From: an uncultured virus (IMG/VR IMGVR_UViG_3300028561_000005) | Taxonomy: Duplodnaviria; Heunggongvirae; Uroviricota; Caudoviricetes | DNA length: 64,000 nt | IMG/VR virus record: IMGVR_UViG_3300028561_000005 | Direction: 5' to 3' (one strand) | Shown: positions 56,501 through 64,000 of the stretch, in pieces | Numbering within the stretch: the first letter of the stretch is position 1 | Layout of the letters: every line of letters begins with the position of its first letter | Made by a program: the position numbers and the translations under genes | The notes under the pieces: model-generated | Seen by the model: only the letters and a program-made list of their open reading frames with translations | The model's database searches: none | Told to the model about the DNA's origin: nothing

Positions 56501-59500
56501 TCAGTGTCGAATACGGAATTAATAGCGTCCTGAATGATTGTGAGTGGTGATGAAATTGCACGTCTCATGAACTCGCTTAATTTGTATAAGCTTGCTGCGA
56601 ATGTGGTATCATTACCTGTGTTGATATACCAGAAACGCTTATCGTTTATCTTAATCTTACCTTCATCAATCTGACTTGTTGCAGACTTATTCATACTTTC
56701 GTATCTTGCCATCTGTTCAGTAATATTCTTACCACCAGATATTGAGTTAATAAGATTGTCAATAAAGTTTCCGCCAGTAGGCATAAGCATATTTAACGGA
56801 GATAGTTTGTTGTTTGCGTATGCGTTTGTTGCTAAAGCTTCATCTATTGCTGCATCTACGGCATCTACGCCAAATGGGTCTAATCCATCGTTAACCTTTG
56901 CATTAGTTTTAACCTTTGTCTTTGATGCAGTTGATTCAACTTCTTTATCTGCCTTAGTGAACCAGCCCTTAACTGTAGATTTGATCTTCTGCCATTCTGT
57001 TGGGTTAACAGCACGGTTAAAGTCTTCAACAGTTTCGAAATCTGTTCCGTTTTCGGCATTATACATGTCAATTGCTTCGAGTGCATTATCCTGTTTAGTT
57101 TTGATTGCCTTAGCGAAGTCTGCACCTAAGAAACTGAATAAGTCGAGAAGTACGTTTGCAATGAAGTCTGCAGGAATAATTGAGCAGCAAAGACCTGATA
57201 TAACGTTTGTTAAACCTGCGAAGAATCTCTCGAATACGGATACCTCTTCGTCTACTATACCAAGTACGTTACGTGCATTATCCCAGCCTGCGATGAAGTC
57301 TAATACGGCCTGAGCTATAGCCAGTATTACGGTTGCTTTACCAAGAACCTTAGCAAGAACTTCTACAGATTCCATACCTAATTTCTTAGCAAGATTTGCT
57401 GCGAGTTTCTCACCAGTCTTAGCAAGTTTTTCGCCTAAAGCCTTCTTAGACATTCCGACCTTTTTAGCAAGTGGTGCAATCTTTTCAACAATCTTTGAAT
57501 TGCCAAACAGTTTGGTTAATACCTCTTTAAGGAATGTACCAACCTTTGCAAGAAGTTTTGCTTTCTTGTCTGCACCTGCTGCAGTTCTAACTGCTGCTGT
57601 TGCAGCTGTTTCGACAGCGTCTTCTGCGACATCGGTTGCAATATTAGCCGCAGCTCTGCCTGATGCCTTAAGAGTCCAGTCGCGGAATTTACGTCCCACA
57701 TTTGCTGGAGCATTAATTACATTCATAGCACCTTCGCCGAGACGGCCAACGATGCCAATTCCAGGAACCTTACTTACACCCTTGAAGATACCAGCACCAG
57801 CTTTTCCTGCTATATTACCAAGTGCTCCCATACCAGCAGCGTTATTAAGGAATGAACGTCCTGCCATCTGGAATAAAGATTTACCCTTATATCCAGTAGC
57901 ATTAGTCTGCTGCACGTCAGCATTTCTGATAGACTGGAATGATGCGTTACCCGCGATTTCTTCTGCGAAGTTTTCGTCAAGATACTGTGTGCCTATTCCT
58001 CTATTAGCCAGATAGTTCTGATAGTTAGCATTGTTTATAGCTACACCTTCAGCATTTTCAGCTAAAGGACCGAATACTGAGCTCTTTGCTACGTCTGCAA
58101 ACGCGTTGGAGTTTGAATTGTCGTATGCGTCGCGTTTAAGTTTGCTTTCGTTTATTTCTGCACCAGTAGTACCTGTTGCTCTACGTGCTGAACTTGTGAT
58201 GCTGTTGCCAGCCTTTTTATTGCCGCTCTTACCAAATCCAACCTTAGATGAAATTGTTTTAGCTCCGGACTTGATAAGTTCCCAAGCACCAAGCAATGCA
58301 CCTTCGATTATTTCTGGAAGACGTTCAATAAGGCCATCCATTACTGTAGGTAATACATCATCTCTGAGGGTTGTGATTCCTGTTGACCAGAGGTCTCCAA
58401 GAACACTCTTAACCTTTGGAAGAGCTGTATCTTCTACCCATGGAATTACGGTATTATTGATACCATTTACAACGCCCGAAGCAATACCTCCAGTGTAATT
58501 GCCAGAAGAATCCTTTTCGCCAACTAACCAAGGTACAAGTTTATCTTTGCAGAAAGGAATTACCCACTTAGCCATAGCACCAACGAAGAGTGGCACGCCA
58601 ACCGCGAGTTTACCAATACCAAATACCTTACCGAAGAATTTCTTAATCTTTCCGAAGAAAGATTCATCTTCGTCTTCACTGTCATTCTTAGGAATAATAA
58701 AGTCAGCAATAGCAGTAATCTTATTCTTCATAGTCTGGAAGATTCCAACCTTTTCAGCCTTGTCTTTCTTAGCCTCAGCTTCTTCCTTAGAACCTGCTTC
58801 AGGTCTGTTACGTCTAGGGTCATTAGGAAGTAATACGTCATCAGCAAATTCTGAGAGTCCGTCATTTGCTTCAGCATTAGTAGGAATCTGTCTGAGTATA
58901 GCTTCAAGCTCATCTGTGGTCATAGCCTTAAGAGCCTTAACTGAATACTTAGGGTCATTCTTAAAGAAACGAGTCTCAGAAATCTTCTTAATTAATTCGT
59001 CTCTACGTTCATCCTGATTGAAGTTTGAGCTTAATCTATCAAATACAGAGACATGATTTCTATCAAGTAAATTCTGGATACCCATTCTCATTGACTCATG
59101 GTTTTCTTCAGATGCGAATCTGTTTAATACCGGAATCTTTGATGCTACTGTACGTACACCTTCATTGAAACGTCCAACTGCTCTTTCCATTCCATTGTTT
59201 GAAGCACTCCAGATATCTTTTGCACGGAATTCTTTAAACTTAGACTTGTTGTTTGAAAGTGTTGAGATATACCTCTTAAGACCGACAGAATCGTTCTTAA
59301 ACTGGTTAAGTATATATACGTTTTCTTCAGAAAGAACCTTACCGAGTTTAGCAGATTCTCTCTTAGTGAGTGTACAGATTGTGTCCAGAAGTTCCTTTTT
59401 GAATACGAATTTCTTCTTACCTGTAAATTTGAAGTTAGCAATGTTATAGACTTTATTCTTGTCAGTTTCGCTTAATTCAAAGAAGTCTGTTAAAGCTTCA

Positions 59501-62500
59501 AGATCAATGAACCAACCTTTATCGCCCATGTCATTGAGTAATCTAATTACATCTTCAGAAGATACATCGAATACTAATGGGAACTTCTGTGGTGTTATCT
59601 TAGAATACAGCTTAAACTTTCTGAGTTTAGCTACATGTGTATCTAAGAATCTCTGCTGCTCTCTGTCATATACACCGTCTGCCGCATCAAGTGCTGCATC
59701 GAGGATATGCTGACGATTAGCAGATGAATCTTCGAATGTGTTCTGTATGTTAGAGATATCAATAGCCTGATTCATATTAACACCGTTGCCGTTATTGTAA
59801 ACCGCATTGTCATTAATATTACGGAAGTTACCGATACCGTTCATGAACTTAGTCACATTCTTAAGAGCTGCAGCGAAGTCTGCAAATGCATTTGTTGATA
59901 CTTCTACAGCTTCAGCATTTCTTGCGAATATGTCTGCCTGTAAATCAGCTGAACGTGATTCAGCTTCACCCTGTGAACCATATTTAATTGAAGCAGCGTT
60001 CTTAGCATTGATTTCAGCCTTAAGAGAATCCATGATAGCTCTCTTCTGCTTAGCTGATTTCTTATTGAATTTCTTAATTCCTAATTTAGAAGCATATTCA
60101 GCAACCTTTTCGTCAGTAGCCTTATATGTATCTCTCTTAGCAAGAATTTCATCACGCTGTTTGAGTAACTGCTGAACCTCTGCTATGAAAGCATCAGCTT
60201 CTTCTTTACTCATACGCTGTCCGTCTACGGTCTTAGTGTTTCTGATAAGATCAAATGCCTTTTCGTACTTACCCTGTTCAATAGCTCTGTCGATAGAACG
60301 TGCAGCATTACCGAAACGTGTTCTAAACTTGTCAGAAATCTTCTTGCCAATAGCTCTAGAGTTATTACCAATTTCTTTGTTAAGTCCACGTTCTCCATCA
60401 ATATTGAAAGCAATAGAGTTTTTGATTAATTCAAGGTCTTCAACAGAAGCTGTTTCCGAATAAGCTGCGAGGTTCTTATCATATTCAGCATATTTATCTC
60501 CAACGAGGAATTTGCTCTTATGTCTCTGACGGAATTCGTTTCTTTCGGCTGCAGTCATATATGAACCAGCTCTACCGTTTTTGATACCGGCAGTCTTAGC
60601 CATATTACCGAGTGTTCCGAATAAACCCTTACCGATTAATTTAAATGGTAATCTTATTACGCTTGTAGCTTTCTTAAGAATACCTGTAGTGAGTTTCTTA
60701 ATAGGGTCAGCCACATAATCTCTTACGAGATTAGCTAACGGTACAGAAATGTGTTCTTTGAATGTGTCTGCAATCATGTTTGGAATGAATGTAAACATAT
60801 TCTTCAGTTCAGTTGTAATTGGAGCCATTGCGTCCTTGATTGGATCTAAGAAATCCTCGTGGAGGTTTTCCTTGATATCTTCAAAGAGATCTAAACCGAA
60901 GTTCTTGAGAGGTGTTACGAGATTGTCTTTTAACGCTCCAACAACACCGCCATCACGTGTTCCGTCTTCATTCTTTTCGCCGAGTAATGCAGACTTAAAC
61001 TTTTCTGTTGTTGTAAGGAATCCTGCACCGCCGCCGAGGAGAGCACCACCGAGTAAACCGAATGGTCCCATTAAAGCTCCAGCTGCAGCGCCAATAGCTA
61101 CATTAGGGAAAGCTGCCTTGATAGCCTTACGGTTATCTTCTGATAACAGCATTCCGTCGCCGAATAATCTGTCCTGTACGAACTTAGTATTCTTGAGGAA
61201 TCCTAAACCTGCACCTACGATAGCACCACCAACTGGTCCAAGTGGAGTCAAGAGACCGGCTACTGAACCGAGTAATCCACCTGTCTTCATGCTTGGTAAA
61301 GCCTGCTGTACAGATTCCTTAATTAATCCATCATTAGCATGTATCGGGTTACCATTTTCATCATAGTCAATGATACTTCCGAATAATGCCTGATTGAGTA
61401 CCTTATTAGACTGGATAAGCTGTGAACCCATTCCGATACCTGCACCAAGTAATGGGTTTCCAACGAGTAATCCAGCGATGCCACCGATTGCACCCTTAGC
61501 AAGTCCCTGGTATCCAATACCCTTAGCGATTTCTCCAACACGTGTGCCAGAGAGACCATCATTTGCTCTAGCATTAGTTAACAGTCTACGTTTGAAGTTC
61601 TTTTCGGCTGCGGCCTGTTTTGCTATTGTTGCATCGTCTGCTGGATTTATAACTGTAGATTTTCCAGGAATAGAATATATTCCCATCTTAGGTACAGTAT
61701 AAACTGAACCACCAGAAGTGATAATCTTTTCGTTAGGTGACATAATAGAGAGCATGCTCTTTGAAGACTTGTTCTTGCCACCTCTAGCGAACATAGAAGC
61801 GTTTGTGATATCGTTATAACGAGTTCTTGTTTCGGAATCAATGTCCCCAAACTCATTATATACGTAGTTGCCGTCAGCGATTCTTTCAAATCTGGCTTTT
61901 AACTCAGGGTCCTGTACAGATGCAGCAAATTGTTTCATAAGCTCTTTATTTCGTGAATACTGAGCTAAGAACTGAGCTGTCTTTGGATCAAGGTTTGCAC
62001 CGTATTCAGCAGAGAATAAATCGTAAGCATACTTGTCACGTTCTTCTCTAATCTTATCACGGTCAGCTCTTGAACGATACTGTCCGTTAGCATCACGATA
62101 TACAGGTGAAGATTCGTCATCAGTAGCAGTATTCATCATTGAATCAAACGAATTCTCTCCATATAAAGAATACTGTGAGTTTAATCTGTCATATCTGTCT
62201 GAACGTTCAGAGTCTAAACGTCCTACAACAGAACTGTCGATTGTGAATCTCTTAAGCATTGCCTCTACGTCAGAGTTAAACTTAGCGTTAGCACGGTTTA
62301 CTCTTGACTGAGCTCTAGCCTTGAGACTTTTAGCCTGTGGAATATAAGTACCACGCATTTCTTCAGCTTTACCTGTTAACTCATCACGTTCAGCAATGAG
62401 CTGTGCAAGTTCTTCTGGAGAATAGTTTGCATGTGGGTCAGTTATCTTGTCATGTAGGGCAACAGCCTGAAGATTGTACTGTTCGTACTGCTGCTGGAAC

Positions 62501-64000
62501 TTGTCGAGATCGGAAATAGCATTAGTGAGTTCATTCTGGAATGCTTCACGCTGTTTTGTTGCCGCATCAAATACTGCCTGGAATGGGTTAACAGAAAGGT
62601 TATTGATTAAGTCAGCATTAGCAGAAGCCTGTTTGAGCTGTTCTTCAACATAGCTTCTCTGTTCATTGATGCTTCTGAGTTCATCTACAGATTTAGCAAT
62701 GAGTTCATCATTTTCTTTAATCTGCTGATTAATCTCAGCAACGCGTTCCTTAGCCTTTTCAATTGCATCCTGACGTTCTTCATCTGTAGCATATGTACCG
62801 CCGCCATTGATAATGTCGTTATTAGCACGTAATTCACGACGAAGATTGCCTGTAGCTCTGGCTGTTGTGTTGATTGTATTCTGAGTATCTAGTGTGTTGA
62901 ATATTCTATTGAGTTCTGATGTCATATCTGCAGTTCTGTTTACAGATGCAAGTCTAGACGCTGGTGAAAGAACCTTATTGATTTCATCAAGTTTTCTCTG
63001 AGCAGCTTTCTTAGCAACTTCCGAAGCATTAGGATCATCAACCACAGACTGATATTTGACACGAAGTTTCTTAGCAGATGCTATCTTACTAGCATTACCT
63101 CTGAAGCTTTCGAATCTAGCTCGGTCAGTTTCGTTCATAGCACTAGCATGAAGTTTTGATTCTTCTTCGGTCATAGTTAACGCTTTCCTGATTGCTTCTG
63201 GGTCCTGAGCAGATTCGAATGCCAGAATCTGGCCAATCATTTCAGGTGTTAAAGCAGCCTCTTCAGCAGCAGCTCTACGTTTAGCTTTAAACTTTTCTCT
63301 GTAGTCTGTATATCCGAATGCATCAGCTAATGAACCGAATGCGTTACCGTATGTTCCCTTAATATTTCCAATCTCATTTTTGAATGCAGCCTTGAATTTA
63401 CCAAGAGGAGAAGCTTCACCCTGGCTAAGACGGTCTTTGGTGTTTGCAAGCCACTGACCGAATTTAGTCTGAGATAATTTATCCTTAGCTTTACCAAAGA
63501 TATCTGTAACAGTATCTTTGATTGTATTAAATGATTCCATTGCTTTGTACTTAAGAAGACCCATGAATCCCTGAACTGGTTGTCCGTTGTCGTCTGTCAT
63601 CTGAGTAGATGTCTTGTACAGTAAGTCAAAGATATGTCTGTCTGCAGCAAGCACAGCCTTTTCCATCATTCTGGACGGAGCATCAATCCAAGACTGAAGC
63701 TTATCCTTAACGAGGAATACTCTTTCGCCAATATTAGAAGCAGCAGCCCATTTGTCCTTGAATGAAGTGAGTTCTTTAAACTTATCTCTATTGCGTTCAC
63801 GTCTAGCAGCGCCGTCTGTGATTATATCAAGGAGTGACTCCTCTTCTTCGAGGTCCTGACGAGCTTTTCTTCTTTCTTCAGCAGATGTCTGCTGCATATT
63901 AGCAAGGATTTCTTCCATATCTGTATTAGAGTCGACAATAATCTGTCCGGCACGGCCAGTCATGTAATCTAAGTTACGTCTATGATAATCACGGTCCTGA
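53596..64000 (-). CDS. giant tape measure protein with C39-like peptidase, lysozyme-like and M23 peptidase domains (5'-truncated)
   Basis: frame open to window end; coiled coils and GxxxG-rich hydrophobic repeats; SGCGP..HYV..DP; SREAG..NDNGSGISIG; HGGID..HIFGH..STGPHLH. Confidence 0.85.
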   Translation of the reverse strand, partial: QDRDYHRRNLDYMTGRAGQIIVDSNTDMEEILANMQQTSAEERRKARQDLEEEESLLDIITDGAARRERNRDKFKELTSFKDKWAAASNIGERVFLVKDKLQSWIDAPSRMMEKAVLAADRHIFDLLYKTSTQMTDDNGQPVQGFMGLLKYKAMESFNTIKDTVTDIFGKAKDKLSQTKFGQWLANTKDRLSQGEASPLGKFKAAFKNEIGNIKGTYGNAFGSLADAFGYTDYREKFKAKRRAAAEEAALTPEMIGQILAFESAQDPEAIRKALTMTEEESKLHASAMNETDRARFESFRGNASKIASAKKLRVKYQSVVDDPNASEVAKKAAQRKLDEINKVLSPASRLASVNRTADMTSELNRIFNTLDTQNTINTTARATGNLRRELRANNDIINGGGTYATDEERQDAIEKAKERVAEINQQIKENDELIAKSVDELRSINEQRSYVEEQLKQASANADLINNLSVNPFQAVFDAATKQREAFQNELTNAISDLDKFQQQYEQYNLQAVALHDKITDPHANYSPEELAQLIAERDELTGKAEEMRGTYIPQAKSLKARAQSRVNRANAKFNSDVEAMLKRFTIDSSVVGRLDSERSDRYDRLNSQYSLYGENSFDSMMNTATDDESSPVYRDANGQYRSRADRDKIREERDKYAYDLFSAEYGANLDPKTAQFLAQYSRNKELMKQFAASVQDPELKARFERIADGNYVYNEFGDIDSETRTRYNDITNASMFARGGKNKSSKSMLSIMSPNEKIITSGGSVYTVPKMGIYSIPGKSTVINPADDATIAKQAAAEKNFKRRLLTNARANDGLSGTRVGEIAKGIGYQGLAKGAIGGIAGLLVGNPLLGAGIGMGSQLIQSNKVLNQALFGSIIDYDENGNPIHANDGLIKESVQQALPSMKTGGLLGSVAGLLTPLGPVGGAIVGAGLGFLKNTKFVQDRLFGDGMLLSEDNRKAIKAAFPNVAIGAAAGALMGPFGLLGGALLGGGAGFLTTTEKFKSALLGEKNEDGTRDGGVVGALKDNLVTPLKNFGLDLFEDIKENLHEDFLDPIKDAMAPITTELKNMFTFIPNMIADTFKEHISVPLANLVRDYVADPIKKLTTGILKKATSVIRLPFKLIGKGLFGTLGNMAKTAGIKNGRAGSYMTAAERNEFRQRHKSKFLVGDKYAEYDKNLAAYSETASVEDLELIKNSIAFNIDGERGLNKEIGNNSRAIGKKISDKFRTRFGNAARSIDRAIEQGKYEKAFDLIRNTKTVDGQRMSKEEADAFIAEVQQLLKQRDEILAKRDTYKATDEKVAEYASKLGIKKFNKKSAKQKRAIMDSLKAEINAKNAASIKYGSQGEAESRSADLQADIFARNAEAVEVSTNAFADFAAALKNVTKFMNGIGNFRNINDNAVYNNGNGVNMNQAIDISNIQNTFEDSSANRQHILDAALDAADGVYDREQQRFLDTHVAKLRKFKLYSKITPQKFPLVFDVSSEDVIRLLNDMGDKGWFIDLEALTDFFELSETDKNKVYNIANFKFTGKKKFVFKKELLDTICTLTKRESAKLGKVLSEENVYILNQFKNDSVGLKRYISTLSNNKSKFKEFRAKDIWSASNNGMERAVGRFNEGVRTVASKIPVLNRFASEENHESMRMGIQNLLDRNHVSVFDRLSSNFNQDERRDELIKKISETRFFKNDPKYSVKALKAMTTDELEAILRQIPTNAEANDGLSEFADDVLLPNDPRRNRPEAGSKEEAEAKKDKAEKVGIFQTMKNKITAIADFIIPKNDSEDEDESFFGKIKKFFGKVFGIGKLAVGVPLFVGAMAKWVIPFCKDKLVPWLVGEKDSSGNYTGGIASGVVNGINNTVIPWVEDTALPKVKSVLGDLWSTGITTLRDDVLPTVMDGLIERLPEIIEGALLGAWELIKSGAKTISSKVGFGKSGNKKAGNSITSSARRATGTTGAEINESKLKRDAYDNSNSNAFADVAKSSVFGPLAENAEGVAINNANYQNYLANRGIGTQYLDENFAEEIAGNASFQSIRNADVQQTNATGYKGKSLFQMAGRSFLNNAAGMGALGNIAGKAGAGIFKGVSKVPGIGIVGRLGEGAMNVINAPANVGRKFRDWTLKASGRAAANIATDVAEDAVETAATAAVRTAAGADKKAKLLAKVGTFLKEVLTKLFGNSKIVEKIAPLAKKVGMSKKALGEKLAKTGEKLAANLAKKLGMESVEVLAKVLGKATVILAIAQAVLDFIAGWDNARNVLGIVDEEVSVFERFFAGLTNVISGLCCSIIPADFIANVLLDLFSFLGADFAKAIKTKQDNALEAIDMYNAENGTDFETVEDFNRAVNPTEWQKIKSTVKGWFTKADKEVESTASKTKVKTNAKVNDGLDPFGVDAVDAAIDEALATNAYANNKLSPLNMLMPTGGNFIDNLINSISGGKNITEQMARYESMNKSATSQIDEGKIKINDKRFWYINTGNDTTFAASLYKLSEFMRRAISSPLTIIQDAINSVFDTEASSATQLTNNEVSGTGYSVSHESMHDMTTPKPIQKTSTTTSKSSTTTKKKGKIATFFSNLFGGKKKSGKGSEFKNRKLKYLIPPKPLDDEQASYIKSQYSGGANPHLYQRDYDDRFNISGDSNFQSIADSGCGPVVASEVLARRGLNYDVRDAARNALGYKERNAGTFPEFFGDYLGKNGVRTANVGTRSDLRRRLANGEDVILMGQSGRGTTPFGNQNAHYVLATGMKNNKIVVQDPEDPFGDRIYDANDTIRDSIYAISAGRGKRSGRGITPLSYRKGVKSGTGPALTPQQEKNLYTILHECIVSREAGTAGGYHAVCPNDNGSGISIGTIGFHATLAADVLRGMAARVTDADDKAYLLNIANRATSAISQSEADKLSKVLEKYESIAKDVQDNLAFKLYKENNMSHPLKLYNSGILQNPLSMIVPADIYNTGVHTGWADGWRPAHKGGKEEINDVVNRMATSSWWATCGSQYSGAWVNRIKDTGAKLANIDLNNYQAGTIFDEFSTNASIDGSSVAGDAGTTTVDNTFIGQLGAYVTKVMRKLYGGLYDAVFGAASATTGNAAAGVGALGDDDYLTSVSENGSDAWFLTTLEGSSVSSGYRRPERPDHGGIDYAAPEGNKLYSPVDGTVVFAGWNTGGYGNLTIVQDTHGYYHIFGHQCQLPPVHEGDEVFRGTLVGYCGTTGESTGPHLHYQVNKPSDMWHADVDPNQYDYSDYIKSAAQRAGIVPSSNDVMGPLLPNNTKTTTNTTSSSTSSTLVGPPAPNKKSGKGFVDKALVRQAANGKRPSGSCDSSRTSGTANFKKVSTNAVTRAVDAVKRAEAKAAANASGTGSTGSKYEPGARIGSNTKNTGGPTNGNATNEILLAVVKLLSEISGNTAKLQDVVAAVTKLSVSNACQLTGSGNNSKSTKSGKSNDTNTANVMAELSKALLASNGMTRQGLNAMNAQFNDMNNSEIIDAVYRIAKK

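Noticed and set aside
53864..62311. Many 60-205 aa plus-strand ORFs antisense to the tape measure gene (and similar ones opposite capsid, sheath and head genes)
   Set aside because: Shadow ORFs expected from codon bias of the real gene; no RBS or promoter
1..64000. Stop-codon reassignment or inteins
   Set aside because: Standard code gives dense full-length genes with TAA, TAG and TGA all used as stops; no intein or homing endonuclease motifs recognised

Overview
64 kb of a phiKZ/AR9(PBS1)-related jumbo myovirus genome. The host is probably Gram-positive (Bacillota), inferred from strong AGGAGG RBSs and CHAP/M23 cell-wall hydrolases. The window is mostly virion morphogenesis: major capsid, portal, tail sheath and tube, baseplate proteins, a tape-measure/lysin ORF of >3450 aa that runs off the window, and about 12 internal-head/ejection proteins carrying Phi-x-E protease motifs, six of them tandem paralogs. 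It also encodes the N-terminal half of a split family-B DNA polymerase, a probable virion RNAP beta' C-terminal subunit, a RusA resolvase and three small accessory gene cassettes. Two promoter classes are readable: AAC[A/T]-N6-TA (about 16 copies, AR9 late-promoter type) and TATATTAT (3 copies, early type). The most novel signal is a ~260-nt ORF-free structured element at 28964-29225. It has its own late promoter and two hairpin loops that are perfectly complementary over 8 nt (a kissing-loop, pRNA-like architecture). A second ~100-nt promoter-to-terminator sRNA candidate with anti-Shine-Dalgarno motifs lies at 11710-11812. I saw no tRNA, rRNA, CRISPR array or IS element. All product calls come from motif recognition by eye, not database searches.
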